A stretch of 64,000 nt of DNA from Octopus bimaculoides (Eukaryota): assembly GCF_001194135.2 (NCBI RefSeq), contig NC_068992.1:52211287-52275286 (forward strand). The letters are read 5' to 3'. This document shows, one piece after another, positions 50,492 to 63,000 of this stretch. Both the position numbers and the translations under genes were made by a program. The notes under the pieces were generated by a model. That model was not told the origin of the DNA. It ran no database searches and worked only from the letters and a program-made list of their open reading frames with translations. The stretch's first letter is position 1; the number at the start of each line of letters is the position of its first letter.

Positions 50492-52739
50492 AATAAGTGT
50501 CACATATTTTTACAGATAAATTCCTCTATTTGCATAATATCGAGGTTTCTTTCTTTCTTTTGTTGCCATTCCTGTCAAATATATATATATNNNNNNNNNN
50601 GTTGAAGTAGTATAGTTAGGCAGATTAAAAGTAAATAACAATAATATTAATGATAATCGTTTATATTATAAGCACAAGGGCTGAAATATAATAATACAAT
50701 AGACCTGGATAGGATGAAAGAAAATATGGGAAGGTAGGTTGCAAGAGTGTGTGAGGAGAAAACTTAGTATGTGGAAAGAGTAAGTGATGATTGGTAAGAG
50801 GCGGGGGGGGGGGCTAACTTGATAGGAAAGGCAAGTAGTCAATGTAAAATGTGAGTGGTTCCAGGTAGCAGGAACGATAACTGTCTGAGAGCAAAAGTGC
50901 ATATATCATCATTTTTCATTGATTGTAGTAATATCTTTATCACTATCAGCAAATTGACCAGATGAATTCACTATTATGATTTTTGAAGGTGCAAATAAAA
51001 ATATACCAAGATCTAACAGTTTTCCTGTCATTTCAGGCAGTGTTTTTCATTTTCAATTATATTCCTTACTAAACTACTACTTTCATTTTATGATTTCTAT
51101 GCCTTTGTTAGTGACAAAATAGCCTTCGAGATATGAAAAAACGGGAAACATTTTGCAATATCATGAATTTTTTTCTAGCATAAAAAGAAATGTTAAAAAC
51201 GGTAGTTCCAAGTTTTCATTTTCTTTATTCAGATCCTGGCTATTCCGATTTCCTATAATGATGCATTCTCAGAAGCAAAGTAAACAATGTTTATCGTTGA
51301 AAATTTCTCAGAAGCAAAGTACACATTGATTTCTAAAGTAAATTTATTCTATGTAAAGTTTAAATATTTTTCTTTTCAATTGAAATATTCAAGTGTGTGC
51401 AGCTGTTTTCGCTTTTTCATTCGCAGTGATTTTTAACTCTTTAACAACCAAGGTGACATACATATCATCAATTGAATAACAGCAACAAATGTCATGCATT
51501 GAATATCTGCAAGAGTGGCACATGTGTCGTGTATCAAATAACATCCACAGCAATAGATTTATCAACTATCAAATAACAGCCATGGTGACATATAAATTGT
51601 CTATGAAAAAATTGCCATAGTGCCACATGACTTGTCAACTGAATAATATCTTGATAGCACAGAGTTCATCTTTTGAATAACTGGCATATATCAGTTTTCT
51701 ACATAATTTATCTAGTGTTGTATTCGCTGGAGATAGCTAGTGCTTGTATTATATGATAGATGTCACTCTGAAGAACATTTTATTGGCTCATACAAACTTA
51801 CGTAGATGACTTGGCCGAAATTGCAGACTCAGGTAATTGCTAGCATTCAGATATCTAAAAATAGCCTTGCTAGCATCTTTGTATTAACAGCCCAATTGAA
51901 AAATGTCAAAATTGTGCAAATTAGAAACGGTTTTCTCTTGGTTTTTTCCCTTGGATTTTTCCCTTGGATACTATCTGTGTCTTGGGGAGGGTATATTTGT
52001 ATGTATAGGCAACTGTTGGTCAGTGTTCAATAGAAAAACTATGTTTGATCCATGTTCTCACAAGATATATGGAAGTCCAAAATTTGATTGAACAATTCTT
52101 TTTCACAGTCACAAGATGCTGTACTAATCTAAAATAAATGAAAAAATTCTGGAATTCATCCAAAGTACACCTTTAGATATTATATTTTCCAAAATACTCA
52201 TTAAAGAGGAGTTGTGATAAAGATATTTGCAGGCTTCCCATGAAGTAGTGAGATCAATGTAGGTAACTTATGTTCAGTTAAAATAGCTGTAGGTAAATAG
52301 CAAAGTAAACGTGGGTGGGGAAAAAATTTCAGTGAAATGCTGTTCTACAGAGGGAGTTTGTGAAGATGAAAGGAAAATAATCAGATTAGCATGCATGTGG
52401 TGTAGTCTTGGTTATAGAAAATATCGAGAAAACTAGTTAATTTAGAACAGCTGAGATTTTTCAAGAATTAATAGAAAAGACAGAGAATGGAAACATTGAA
52501 TCTGTGAAATGTGATGATTGTATGTTCAGGATTGAATCTTTGCCAATCAGCAGGATGGCTTTTTTTTATGTTGCAATCTAGGAAGTTCATGTGTAATATC
52601 ATAGTGTACATAGGTCTACATTATTTAACGTTTTGTTCTAATGACAGTTTATGACTGCAAGTAACATATGACATCTAGTTCTAGCTGGCCAAGGACCATG
52701 GGGGTAGAAGTTTACCTTGCTTGCCTATAATTCAGGTGA

Positions 52740-52774
52740 AAATATTGGTAGATGGAAACTGAAAGAAGCCCGTC

Positions 52775-52851
<77 letters not shown>

Positions 52852-53072
52852 TGTATGTATATGTTTGCGTCTGTGTTTGTCCTCCAAACATCGCTTGACA
52901 ACCAATGCTGGTGTGTTTTCATCCCTGTCACTTAACGGTTTGGCAAGAGAGACCGATAGAATAAGTTCTAGGCTTACAAAGAATAAGTCATGGGGTCGAT
53001 TTGCTCGACTTAAGGCGGTGCTCCAGCATGGCTGCAGTCAGATGACTGAAACAAATAAAAGAATAAAAGAAT
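52740..53072 (+). mobile_element. SINE family B, 3' two-thirds, with long internal (TA)n
   Basis: GGTAGATGGAAACTGAAAGAAGCCCGTCG-(TA)n-..GACTGAAACAAATAAAAGAATAAAAG. Confidence 0.85.
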
Positions 53073-53347
53073 AAAACCCATCAACCTAAAGCTGCAATAG
53101 AAATATTGTTTACAAGACCAAATACTCCATCTGATTGATTTGCGAAACCCTTTAAATGACCAGGTGTTTGAAGGATCTCTCATGATATAAAACTAATCTG
53201 TCATTGTTTAGTTTTTCATATATAAGTCTTTGGATGTGGACAAAAACATGAAAGAGAATTTATACCATACATCATCGACTTGTTCCAGTAGCAGGAGAGT
53301 CCAGTTGGATTAGCTGCACATTTTAATTTTAATAATCCTTAATACTA

Positions 53348-53525
53348 CAGGCACAATGCCTGAAATGTGGGGGGAGGGGGCTAGTTGTTTACTTCAACTC
53401 CAGTGTTCAACTGGCATCCATTTCATTGAACCTTAAAGGACAAAAGGCAAAGTTGACATCAGTGAAATTTGAACTCAGAATGTGAAGATGGACAAAGTAC
53501 CACTAAGAATTTTATCAGGCATAGC
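53348..53525 (-). mobile_element. SINE family C
   Basis: AGGCACAATGCCTGAAAT..AAAGGCAAAGTTGAC..TTTGAACTCAGAATG. Confidence 0.7.
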
Positions 53526-54160
53526 ACATCACTGTCATTGTTGCAAACACATTCTTTTATTCTTTTATCAGCATCAGTCATTTGACAGTCATCAGTCATT
53601 GGTCCTTACTCAATTATATTAGTACTCAGTACTTACTTTATTTTGTACATATTTTATCAATCTATTTATTGAATGACTAAGTTACTTTTGACATAAGTAA
53701 ATGTAATTTAAGACACCATTTTGCAGAGAACACAGGCACATATCTTTACATCTATCAAATTCTATTCACTAAGCATCGATCATCCCAAAGATGCAATAGA
53801 AAACACTTGCGTATCCTGAAATATCACATTGTGAAGTTGAACTTGAAGCAACATTGTTGTGGAGCAAACTCCCTTACCAGAAAACTGTGCCAGCACCTTT
53901 ATGCAAATATGTGTTTATATAACACATCTATTATAATACAATTTTATTGAATTATACAAATGCAATCTGCATATTCATATGAATTTATCCATAAACTTAA
54001 TCTATGTAATTTTTATTATTTTATTTACCTTAACATTTAGTAATTCAAAAATGTATTTGGCGGAATTTTTGTAAATTATTATATGCTATTAGTGTTTTCT
54101 AGCATCAATTGTATTTGCATACATAGCTGAATGCATTCTATTTGTCTTTATTCATTTCGT

Positions 54161-54213
<53 letters not shown>

Positions 54214-54719
54214 TTATTATGTATTATTTTTCTTTTTGTTGTTTGCAATCTAGTCTTGCTAAGTATGAATTTGTTTTGTTAATCACATGTATGTGAATTT
54301 CCAATCTACTTTCACCTATATTTCTGAATTCTAAGACTGATTAAATATTTTTGTATGAGTAGAAATATACAGTCGTCAGACATAATGAATATTCTATGAC
54401 TATAAATCAATTTGCTAGTGATTTTTTCAAAAGAAAGATTAATTCTTTAAAATCAGATATTATGTAACAGTAGCAAATGAATGATGTTTAATTCTATTAT
54501 TTTAGATTTTAAGATAGTTTGCATTTTCCACTGCATTACTTGAAATTATCTAAAAGTTGACTTAGTCTGTAGCGATAAGCAGCGTCTGCATTTACTGTTT
54601 ATTTTGCCTCCAACTACACATATTCAAAAGAAAAAAAATTCTTCTAAGTTCTTTCACATCAACTCTCAGTACCAGCTGCACACAAATGCACAAATGCAGT
54701 CATCTAATTGTTGCAAAGT

Positions 54720-55060
54720 AAAAAACTGCCTGGTTCCACCAGCATCTTCTGAATCACTCTCTTGCACCCCACGCCAGACTTAACCCCTATCCATAGCAAA
54801 TAATACCATTTTTCTCTCTCACTCTTTTACTTCAAGGGTACCCCAGTATTTATTAACTGCTAGTATATTGTTTCTTTAAAGCACTGCAGCTCCTCTAGCC
54901 CTGTAAATTACCGAACTATTGCTCTTTCATACCCAACATTGCAAACTTGGTAAAAAGTTATTTTTACTTACAATAACTTCTGTTATCAACTAGCATCTTT
55001 TCCCAATCTCTAATAATCAGCTCAGATTTCATACAGGCCAAGCAGATGTACGGAAGACTT
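54720..55060 (+). pseudogene. CR1/Jockey-like RT fragment, decayed
   Basis: SSPVNYRTIALS (NYRPIAL motif) and SNNQLRFH (Q.GFR motif) at appropriate spacing; frameshifts. Confidence 0.5.
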
Positions 55061-55644
55061 ACAGTCTGTTCCTCAGCTAATTCTAACTAATATTGATGTA
55101 CATAGTGCAGGCATGGCTTTGTGGTAAGAATCTTGTTTCCCAACCATATGATTTAAGGTTTGGTTCCACTGTGTTGAATCTTGGGCGATTACTCTGACTA
55201 AATCTGACCTGACAAGAGAAGTTCTTAATTAAGGAGTCTCTGGTGGTGTTTTTTTTGTTTTTGTTTTTTTTTTGACTAAGAATAACAGAAAAGGTTAGGT
55301 TCATTTGGGACTCGCAGTAAATATTTATCACAACTCGTATCCTTTGTAGAGTTGATAATACCTAAATATGTTCAGAAAATTGTTTGAACTATTTCAACTT
55401 CTTTTATTATTTACATTTCTGTTGCATGATGTTTTAGTCGTTGCTCCATTCTTGAATGGCTTCCTTGGTATAAGTTTTTCACTATGCAAAAGAGATCAAT
55501 AGACTTTCACTCAACTGTGTTCTCTGTCTGATGAAAGGGACATTATGGATGGTCTGGCACGATCTTTCTCTTATGGCAAGATAGCTGATTTTGACTGAGA
55601 GGGAGAGAGATTGGTAGAGAGATATGTAGAGACATCGAGGGGTT

Positions 55645-55875
55645 TGGAAGGGCATCTAGTTGTATAAAAAGAAAAACCATGCCAAAACTGACCTTGCCTG
55701 TGCTGGTGCCACGTAAGAATCACTCAGTCCACTCTGTGGGGTGAATGGTGTCAGGAAGGGCATCCAGTTGAAAAAAAAACAGGCCAATCAAATAGTGAAG
55801 CATGGTGCAATCTTCTGCCTTGCCATCTCCCATGAAACTATCCAACCCATGCCAGCATAGAAAGCAGACGTTAAA
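55645..55875 (+). mobile_element. RTE 3' UTR copy (family A variant)
   Basis: AGGAAGGGCATCCAGTTG..CCAACCCATGCCAGCATAGAAAGCAGACGTTAAA. Confidence 0.75.
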
Positions 55876-55879
55876 ATAA

Positions 55880-56177
55880 ATAAAGAAAGAAAGAAAGAAA
55901 GAGATAAACAGAAAGAGACACAGACAAGGAGATAGACAAAGGGAAAAACTAAGAGAGAAAGGGAGAGAAAGAGAGACAGAGAGGTAGAGACAGAAGGAGA
56001 AATACACAGAGACAAAGAGTTAAAGAGAAAGGTACAGAAACAAGGAGACATAAATTGAGAAAGAGAGAGAGACTGAAGTAGAGATAGAGAATAACAGGGA
56101 GAGAGAGAGAGAGTGAAGGAGAGATAGAAAATAACACAGAGACAGAGAGATAAAGACAGAAAGAAAAAGAATGAAAG

Positions 56178-56220
<43 letters not shown>
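55880..56220. repeat. Polypurine (GA-rich) low-complexity tract
   Basis: Almost exclusively A/G on +, ending in (GA)n. Confidence 0.9.
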
Positions 56221-56921
56221 CGGTGTCAACTTTAGCAATTATAAATTAATCATTTGTTCACAGAGATTGCATTAGGGCTAAACTATTATCATATATTTCT
56301 ACTAATTGTCCATTAGGATAGATTTCTTTAATTATTAATTCCCCACAAATACCTCATAAACTGATCTCAAAAATTTCTGAATCCTGAATTTAAAAATAAA
56401 GTTGATCTCTATATAATTAATTGATTAATTAGTCTACTTTTTAAGTCATACTANNNNNNNNNNNNNNNNNNNNNNNNNNNNNNNNNNNNNNNNNNNNNNN
56501 NNNNNNNNNNNNNNNNNNNNNNNNNNNNNNNNNNNNNNNNNNNNNNNNNNNNNNNNNNNNNNNNNNNNNNNNNNNNNNNNNNNNNNNNNNNNNNNNNNNN
56601 NNNNNNNNNNNNNNNNNNNNNNNNNNNNNNNNNNNNNNNNNNNNNNNNNNNNNNNNNNNNNNNNNNNNNNNNNNNNNNNNNNNNNNNNNNNNNNNNNNNN
56701 NNNNNNNNNNNNNNNNNNNNNNNNNNNNNNNNNNNNNNNNNNNNNNNNNNNNNNNNNNNNNNNNNNNNNNNNNNNNNNNNNNNNNNNNNNNNNNNNNNNN
56801 NNNNNNNNNNNNNNNNNNNNNNNNNNNNNNNNNNNNNNNNNNNNNNNNNNNNNNNNNNNNNNNNNNNNNNNNNNNNNNNNNNNNNNNNNNNNNNNNNNNN
56901 NNATATATATATATATATATA

Positions 56922-57137
56922 CCGGAGTAAGCACATAAATGGGAAACAAGGTGGAAAAAAGAGTACTCAAATACCAGAGGTAGAATAATATGCTTTATTT
57001 AAAAGCAGCAGAAATATAACAAAAGACTGTTACTCTGAGTTTCACGTTCCCGTTCATCGGATAGTTTTGTTTGCTGAACAGGAACGTGAAACTCTGAGTA
57101 ACAGCTTTTGTTATATTTCTGCTGCTTTTAAATAAAG
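56922..57137. mobile_element. Penelope-like terminal sequence with inverted duplication (about 63-bp arms, 18-nt loop)
   Basis: 56993-57056 versus 57075-57137 inverted with 3 differences; hammerhead motif then AATAAA on the minus strand. Family assignment is inference. Confidence 0.6.
57021..57069 (-). ncRNA. Minimal type I hammerhead ribozyme candidate
   Basis: CAAAACTAT-CCGATGA-ACG ggaa CGT-GAAA-CTC a GAG-TA|ACAGTCTTTTG; U4-to-C variant core; GUA site. Confidence 0.6.
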
Positions 57138-57150
57138 TATATATATATAG

Positions 57151-57151
<1 letters not shown>

Positions 57152-57216
<65 letters not shown>
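57152..57216. repeat. (GATA)n microsatellite
   Basis: About 16 units. Confidence 0.95.
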
Positions 57217-57217
<1 letters not shown>

Positions 57218-57297
57218 CATACACGCATACATACGTGTGTGTGTGTAGGTGTATAAATCTATTATAATTTAAGAATTATTTATACATCTGTATATGG

Positions 57298-57490
57298 AAA
57301 GCAGCAAGCTAGCAGAATTAATGGAGTGCCAGTAAAGTATCTGGAAATATTTGTACAGGCTCTTTTCGGTATGAGTTCAATTGTTGCCAAGATTAACATT
57401 ACCTTTCATCTCTCCAGAGTCCTTAAACATCATGCAAGAGAAATACTGGGGCTGATGACATCAACTACTCCCCAATTCTTTAAATTCCTG
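57298..57490 (+). mobile_element. SINE family C (old)
   Basis: AAGCAGCAAGCTAGCAGAATT..ATGAGTTCAATT..TTACCTTTCATC. Confidence 0.55.
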
Positions 57491-59201
57491 TACTTTAAAA
57501 CAAATTATATTGTGTATTGGTTTAACAGAACATAACCCTAGAGATGCAATATTTGGACACATCATCAGTGTTATTTTCTTGGGCCATTGTGGATTTGGGT
57601 CTCAGCATACACCTTAGTTTAGGCAACCTGACCAAAATTGATCAAGTCTAGGTTTGTGCCCAAGTGCATTCTATTGACTCCAATATTCACCTCTTTTTTA
57701 GCGAGATTCATCTAGATGTATTCTCAGAAGCATCTATGTTGTTCTTGATGGCACTTTTGCTCACTTCATTGCAGAAGAGAGTAGAAATGGAGCCATTAAA
57801 AGAGAATCTCAATGCTATATATATTTTGACTATTCTACATAGCAGTTTTCTCTGTCTTTCAAGTGATGCTTTTAAGAAACATTATCTTTTTAACATATAT
57901 TTCAATATGATTTCCTCTTTAAATTCTGAAATGCTTTCTTTCATGTAAAATAAAAATTATACTGTGAATTTGAATTTTCTTTTTCGTAATATGTTTTATG
58001 ACAAAATACTCAAATTGTCTACTCAATTTCATTTCAGTTACTTTCATTTTTACCAAATCTTGCTTCTCATGAGATATAAAGAAATCACTTTCAAATTGAG
58101 AATATTTCATTAAAATTATATTTTTTGTGTACTTTTTTCAAACATAAAATTTCAGTATGGCAAAATAGTAAAAGATGACAAATGAAATAAATTAGATTAA
58201 AAATATTAAAGATTATTAATTCCCCTAATGTATTTTGTTCAAAAGACTATCTTTTCAAACAACAGAAGAATTTATGATTATGCTTATCAACAAAACACAA
58301 GAAATTATCAAAATTTTGCTCTAGAGACTATCTTCCACAATTCATTTGAATATTGTTTTATTTATTTGTGATTCTTTATGAATTGGAAGCTATGCAATTG
58401 TTTAAATAACTTCAACTTTCTCAGAAAAATCTTATTTATACTCTTTCAGCTAAAGGAAATTTTTTTCTAAGGTTAATTTAAAATATTGAAGTTTGCTTAA
58501 TTTTATGATATGCTCAATACATCCAGAAGCCTTCAATGAATATAAAAATATTATGTTATAGAAAATAAAGTATCAAGAGAGAAGTACAACAGATATAAAG
58601 CTGCATGTATCAATAGGCCTTCAGTTTACATGTCCCACCATCATTCAGCTCAAGTGGATATAGAACTCAGAGTAATTAAAAAGCACTTCTTTTTACAAAG
58701 ATTGTGAATACTGGTTAAAAATGGACAGTAATGCACAGAGTGAAAAATAATATACATGTTTGGTCACTAATTCTTTGGTAGGCAATTAGTAACATTAATA
58801 AAAATTAGGTTTACATAATGTGTTTGAAGAAAATAGATGCATATGTTGATGTTTGTAATAGTCATTTGAATAATTCATGAACTACGTAGTGTTATTATCA
58901 TACATAATTTTGGTCTTGCTTGCTTAAAATGTATCTTCTATTACAACTAAATGGAAGAAAGTAGAACCACTATTGATGGTTCTATTTAAAGAGAGATGAA
59001 TATGGCTACTTGTTCAAACTACTAAGTGTCAAATGAAACAACTAAGGGAGAATAAAGTGTTTTGCATTCTGTTTACAGAGCTGAACTAACTGATTTATTA
59101 TATGTCTCTGATTGGCTGATAAAATGGGTAAACAATCAAAACATCAGCTGGTGATATGACAATCTGAATTAATATTAGATCTCTTCTAGTTTGCTGGGTA
59201 A

Positions 59202-59370
59202 GCAGGCACAGGTGCGGCTGTGTTGTAAGAAGCTTGCTTTCCAATCACATGATTCTCCATTCAGTCCAACTGAGTGGCAACTTGACCAAGTGTCTTGTAC
59301 AATAGCCTTGGGCCAACCAATGGGTTGCGAGTGGGTTTGGTAGAGGGAAACTGAAAGAAGCCACCCCCAT
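59202..59370 (+). mobile_element. SINE family B, 5' half
   Basis: GGCTGTGTTGTAAGAAGCTTGC..CAAGTGTCTTGTACAATAGCC..GGAAACTGAAAGAAGCC. Confidence 0.8.
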
Positions 59371-59401
59371 ATATATGTATGCATGTGTGTGAAGTTCATT
59401 G

Positions 59402-59439
<38 letters not shown>

Positions 59440-59924
59440 TAAAAATAAATACAAAAAAGGTGGGTTTTTTGTATGATTGTGTATAGAGGAATATATTATT
59501 TTAAACAAAACTCTTTTAAACAAAANNNNNNNNNNNNNNNNNNNNNNNNNNNNNNNNNNNNNNNNNNNNNNNNNNNNNNNNNNNNNNNNNNNNNNNNNNN
59601 NNNNNNNNNNNNNNNNNNNNNNNNNNNNNNNNNNNNNNNNNNNNNNNNNNNNNNNNNNNNNNNNNNNNNNNNNNNNNNNNNNNNNNNNNNNNNNNNNNNN
59701 NNNNNNNNNNNNNNNNNNNNNNNNNNNNNNNNNNNNNNNTGTGTGTGTGTCCTTGTGTCAGTTTTTGTCCCCTGCCACCACTTCACAACTGGTGTTAGCA
59801 GTTATTTTCTTCTTTTAGATATTGTTATCATTACTTTTGTTGTCATTGTCGCCATTGTTACCATCATCATCATCACCATCGTCGTCATTGTCATCATCAT
59901 CTTCATCATTATCATCTTCATCGT

Positions 59925-61202
59925 AAGCAGCAGTGTATGAAAAGTCTTGAGCCTCAAAAAAATAAAACATAGTACAAGACTTCTGATGATTTATTTTTCA
60001 GCATAGTCCCCCTCGATGGCTGAACACTTCCTCCAGCAGTGCTGAAGTGCCATTATCCCGGCGCAGAGGAACTCTTTTGTTTGAGACTCTAAGAAACTTC
60101 GTACAGTGTCTATGACGTTATTGTCTCTGGCAAAATGGTGACCAGCCGGGGCTTTTTCATTTTGGGGAATAGATGAAAGTCAGAGGAGGCTAAGTCTGGA
60201 GAATAAGGCGGATGGGGAACAAGTTGGTATCCACAATCACGAATTGTTGCCATGCAACCACTGACGTGTGGGCTGGAGCATTGTCGTGATGAAAAAGGAC
60301 TCCTCCGGTGAGCATTCCCGGCCTTTTTTCTTTGATTGCTTCTTGGAGGCGTTTCAGTAGCTGAGAATAATACAGCCCTGTCACGGTGTGATCCTTTTCA
60401 AGGTAATCGTTCAGCAAGACACTTTGAGAATCCAAAAAAACGGACGCCATTGCCAGCTGAAGGAATGACCCTGGCCTTCTTTGAGGTAGAAGATGTGTGC
60501 TTCCACTGCTTTGATTGCTCTTTGGTTTCAGGCTGGTAGTGATGGGCCCAACTTTCGTCCATAGTAATGAAACAAGACAGAAAATTCTCTTCATCAGCTT
60601 CAAACAGTTCCAGATTGCTCGTGGACAAAGTGCACCTGGTGCGTTTCTATTCAGGAGTCAAAAGGTGAGGGACCCACCTTGCAGAAACCTTTGAGAACCC
60701 AAGTTCTTTTGTCACAATGTTGTCTGCTCTTTCAGTTGAGATGCCCAGTCTCTCGGCTATCTGACGACATGATATTCGGCGACCTTGCATTATAATACCA
60801 AGAGCAAGGTCAATGTTGTCCTCGGTGGTTGCAGTTGGAGATCTCCTTAGTGTGGGATCATCTTCCACACTCTCCCTGCCACGCTGGAATTCATTTACCC
60901 AGCGTTTGACTGTTGCATATGAAGGAGCATTGTCTGTTAAGGTTCTCACCATATCTTCATTGATTTCTGAAGGAGTCATGCCTTTCAAATGAAGGTAATT
61001 TATGACAGCACAATACTCAGTTTTTTCTATTTTCCTTGTAACCTCGATACTTGTTTTTTCAAAAATCTGCAACAAAAAAAAAATTAAAATATCAGAATCA
61101 TGAAAATGAGCAACAAAAGACTGTACTTACCAGAAAAATTTGTTTCAGCTACCTCGCAGCTCCGTTTCTAGGTTAGGTTCAACACATTTCGTATACCCCT
61201 CG
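59925..61202 (-). mobile_element. Full-length inactive mariner (DD34D) transposon
   Basis: Right TIR TA|CGAGGGGTATACGAAATGTGTTGAACCT, degenerate left TIR; transposase in pieces (WVPHLLT, ITMDESW, HHDNAPAH..HPPYSPDLASSD, 34 aa between D2 and D3); start ATG mutated to ATA (61030-28), internal stop and frameshifts. Confidence 0.95.
61067..61130 (-). other. Putative 64-nt spliceosomal intron in the mariner 5' UTR
   Basis: GTAAGT donor, T-rich tract, TTGCAG acceptor, 36 nt upstream of the decayed start codon. Confidence 0.6.
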
Positions 61203-61575
61203 TATATATATATATATATAAATATGCATGTATTCATATAAAAAGAAATGATATATAAAACAACAAAAAAACATACCAAGTATGTATATACCCAATCAGC
61301 TAAAGCTATGATACAGAGCAAAATATATTTAGAATAAAAACCAGAAAGCAAAAATTTCATAGATTCTATAATTTGATTAATTTCAACAATTTTTTTAGGA
61401 AATATCATCATGAATACCATAATTACGTAATTAGACTCATGATTAATATAGATTAATTGAATTTAAAGCACTCTTTATCCCAAATTATTAACAATATTAT
61501 GGGTTATGCTAATTATAGTTAGAAACATACTAATATGCCTATATAAAGAAATGTAGATATATGTACGTATACATA

Positions 61576-62740
61576 CAAGGGATGTTCATTAAAGATTTCC
61601 CCTGACCCACTTCCCAAGAACTGGGATAAACGAATTTTGGCATAATTATTAGTCCTTCTCTACATAGCCACCACAAATGGTGACACTCTTTTCCTATCAC
61701 TTTATGCAGCTAGGAAGACCTCATTTGTGGAAGCTGGTAGGTTGCATCCGGAGCCAAGACTTTACCTCAGAAATAAGTTCATCCTCAGCCGAAAAGTGCT
61801 TCATCTTAAAAAAAAATTTCATGGTTGGAAAGAGATGGAAGTCAGATGGTGTGAGGTCAGGAGAGTAAGGGGGATGAAGAAGGATTTCATGGCTGTAGGA
61901 GTGTGAGTGTGCTTTCATCTGGGCAATATGCGCATTGTGAACTGCGGTGTTGTCTTGGAATAGGCATACTTCTTCGGTCAGTATGCCCCACCTCTCTGCT
62001 TTCATGGCATCCCACAATTTCTGCAACGGAGAAGCATAATATACCACATTAATTGTGGTACCCTTTGCTAGAAAATCTATCAACACTATTCCTTGCTGGT
62101 TCTAAAAGATTGTGAGCATTACTTTGCCTGCTGTGAGTTGGATATGAGCTTTCTTTGGTGGTGGTGAATTATCATGCTTCCAGTGCTTCGACTGGACTAG
62201 TCTCAGGATCATAATAATGGACCTATGATTCATCATGTGTGATAAGTCTGCTAAAAATGTCCTCCTCTTTCTCTTGGGCACATTGCCAAAAGATCCTGGG
62301 AGCAAGTGACTCGTTCCTGCTTCAGAAAAGGTATGAGCATCAAGGAAATCCATCGTGCAGACGTCTACATGTGCAAATGATCATGAATGATTTTGTTTCC
62401 AGGAACACTACACTTATCTTCCCTTCTCGGGCTAGTGGCAGCTTCCACTCTATGGATAGCGTTGTCATCAGTGGCGGAGTGTGGTAATCTAGGAATAAGA
62501 ACCGTTTCCACCAATGTCCAATCACATTTGAACTGACAATGCCAGTGCTTGACTATAATATTTAATGGTGCATCGTCACCATAAACCTCTTTCATCGCAT
62601 CAAAAATCTCTTTTCTTTTAATGAACGACCTTTCACTAATCTGCTGCATTCAACTGCCCTCATTATAACACCTTAGTCCACTTCAGCAGCCATAAAAGAC
62701 AAACAAATACTAGTGGAAAGCTGCAATTTACAATGTGACA
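61576..62740 (-). mobile_element. Second, older mariner (DD34D-type), decayed
   Basis: TA|CAAGGG end at 61576; AMKEVYGDDAP..VKHW, GKVMLTIF, FQDNTAVH..HPPYSPDLTPSDFHLF; frameshifts; other TIR not found. Confidence 0.9.
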
Positions 62741-62789
62741 TTTAGAGACAAGTAAGATTATATCTGTACAAGTTCAGTTCCCTACAATA

Positions 62790-63000
62790 ACCGGTGAGAA
62801 ATGGAAGTAGTTCCAGAGGAAGGAGGAAGGTGATGAAGAGAAATGATATGTAGTGTGTGTATATTCTGTTCTCAGGGGATAATGATACCTTAGATTAAGA
62901 AGCAATAAGTCTTAGGGGATAAGATGTGGGGTTAAATGCTTGACAGGGCACAGAGTGAATGTGGGGCAGGGCTCTGCATGTACAAGGATTACCAAATTTG
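62790..63000 (-). pseudogene. Possible CR1-like LINE 3' remnant
   Basis: C-rich minus strand with weak similarity (TGYCREL) to CR1 C-terminal Y.GYCS.EL; very decayed. Confidence 0.25.

Noticed and set aside
54163-54212. T50 run as the poly(A) tail of a minus-strand retrocopy
   Set aside because: No adjacent AATAAA, TSD or recognisable body found
1572-59940. Most ORFs in the supplied track (YIYI, THTH, CVCV, poly-X)
   Set aside because: They are translations of microsatellites and N-gaps, not genes
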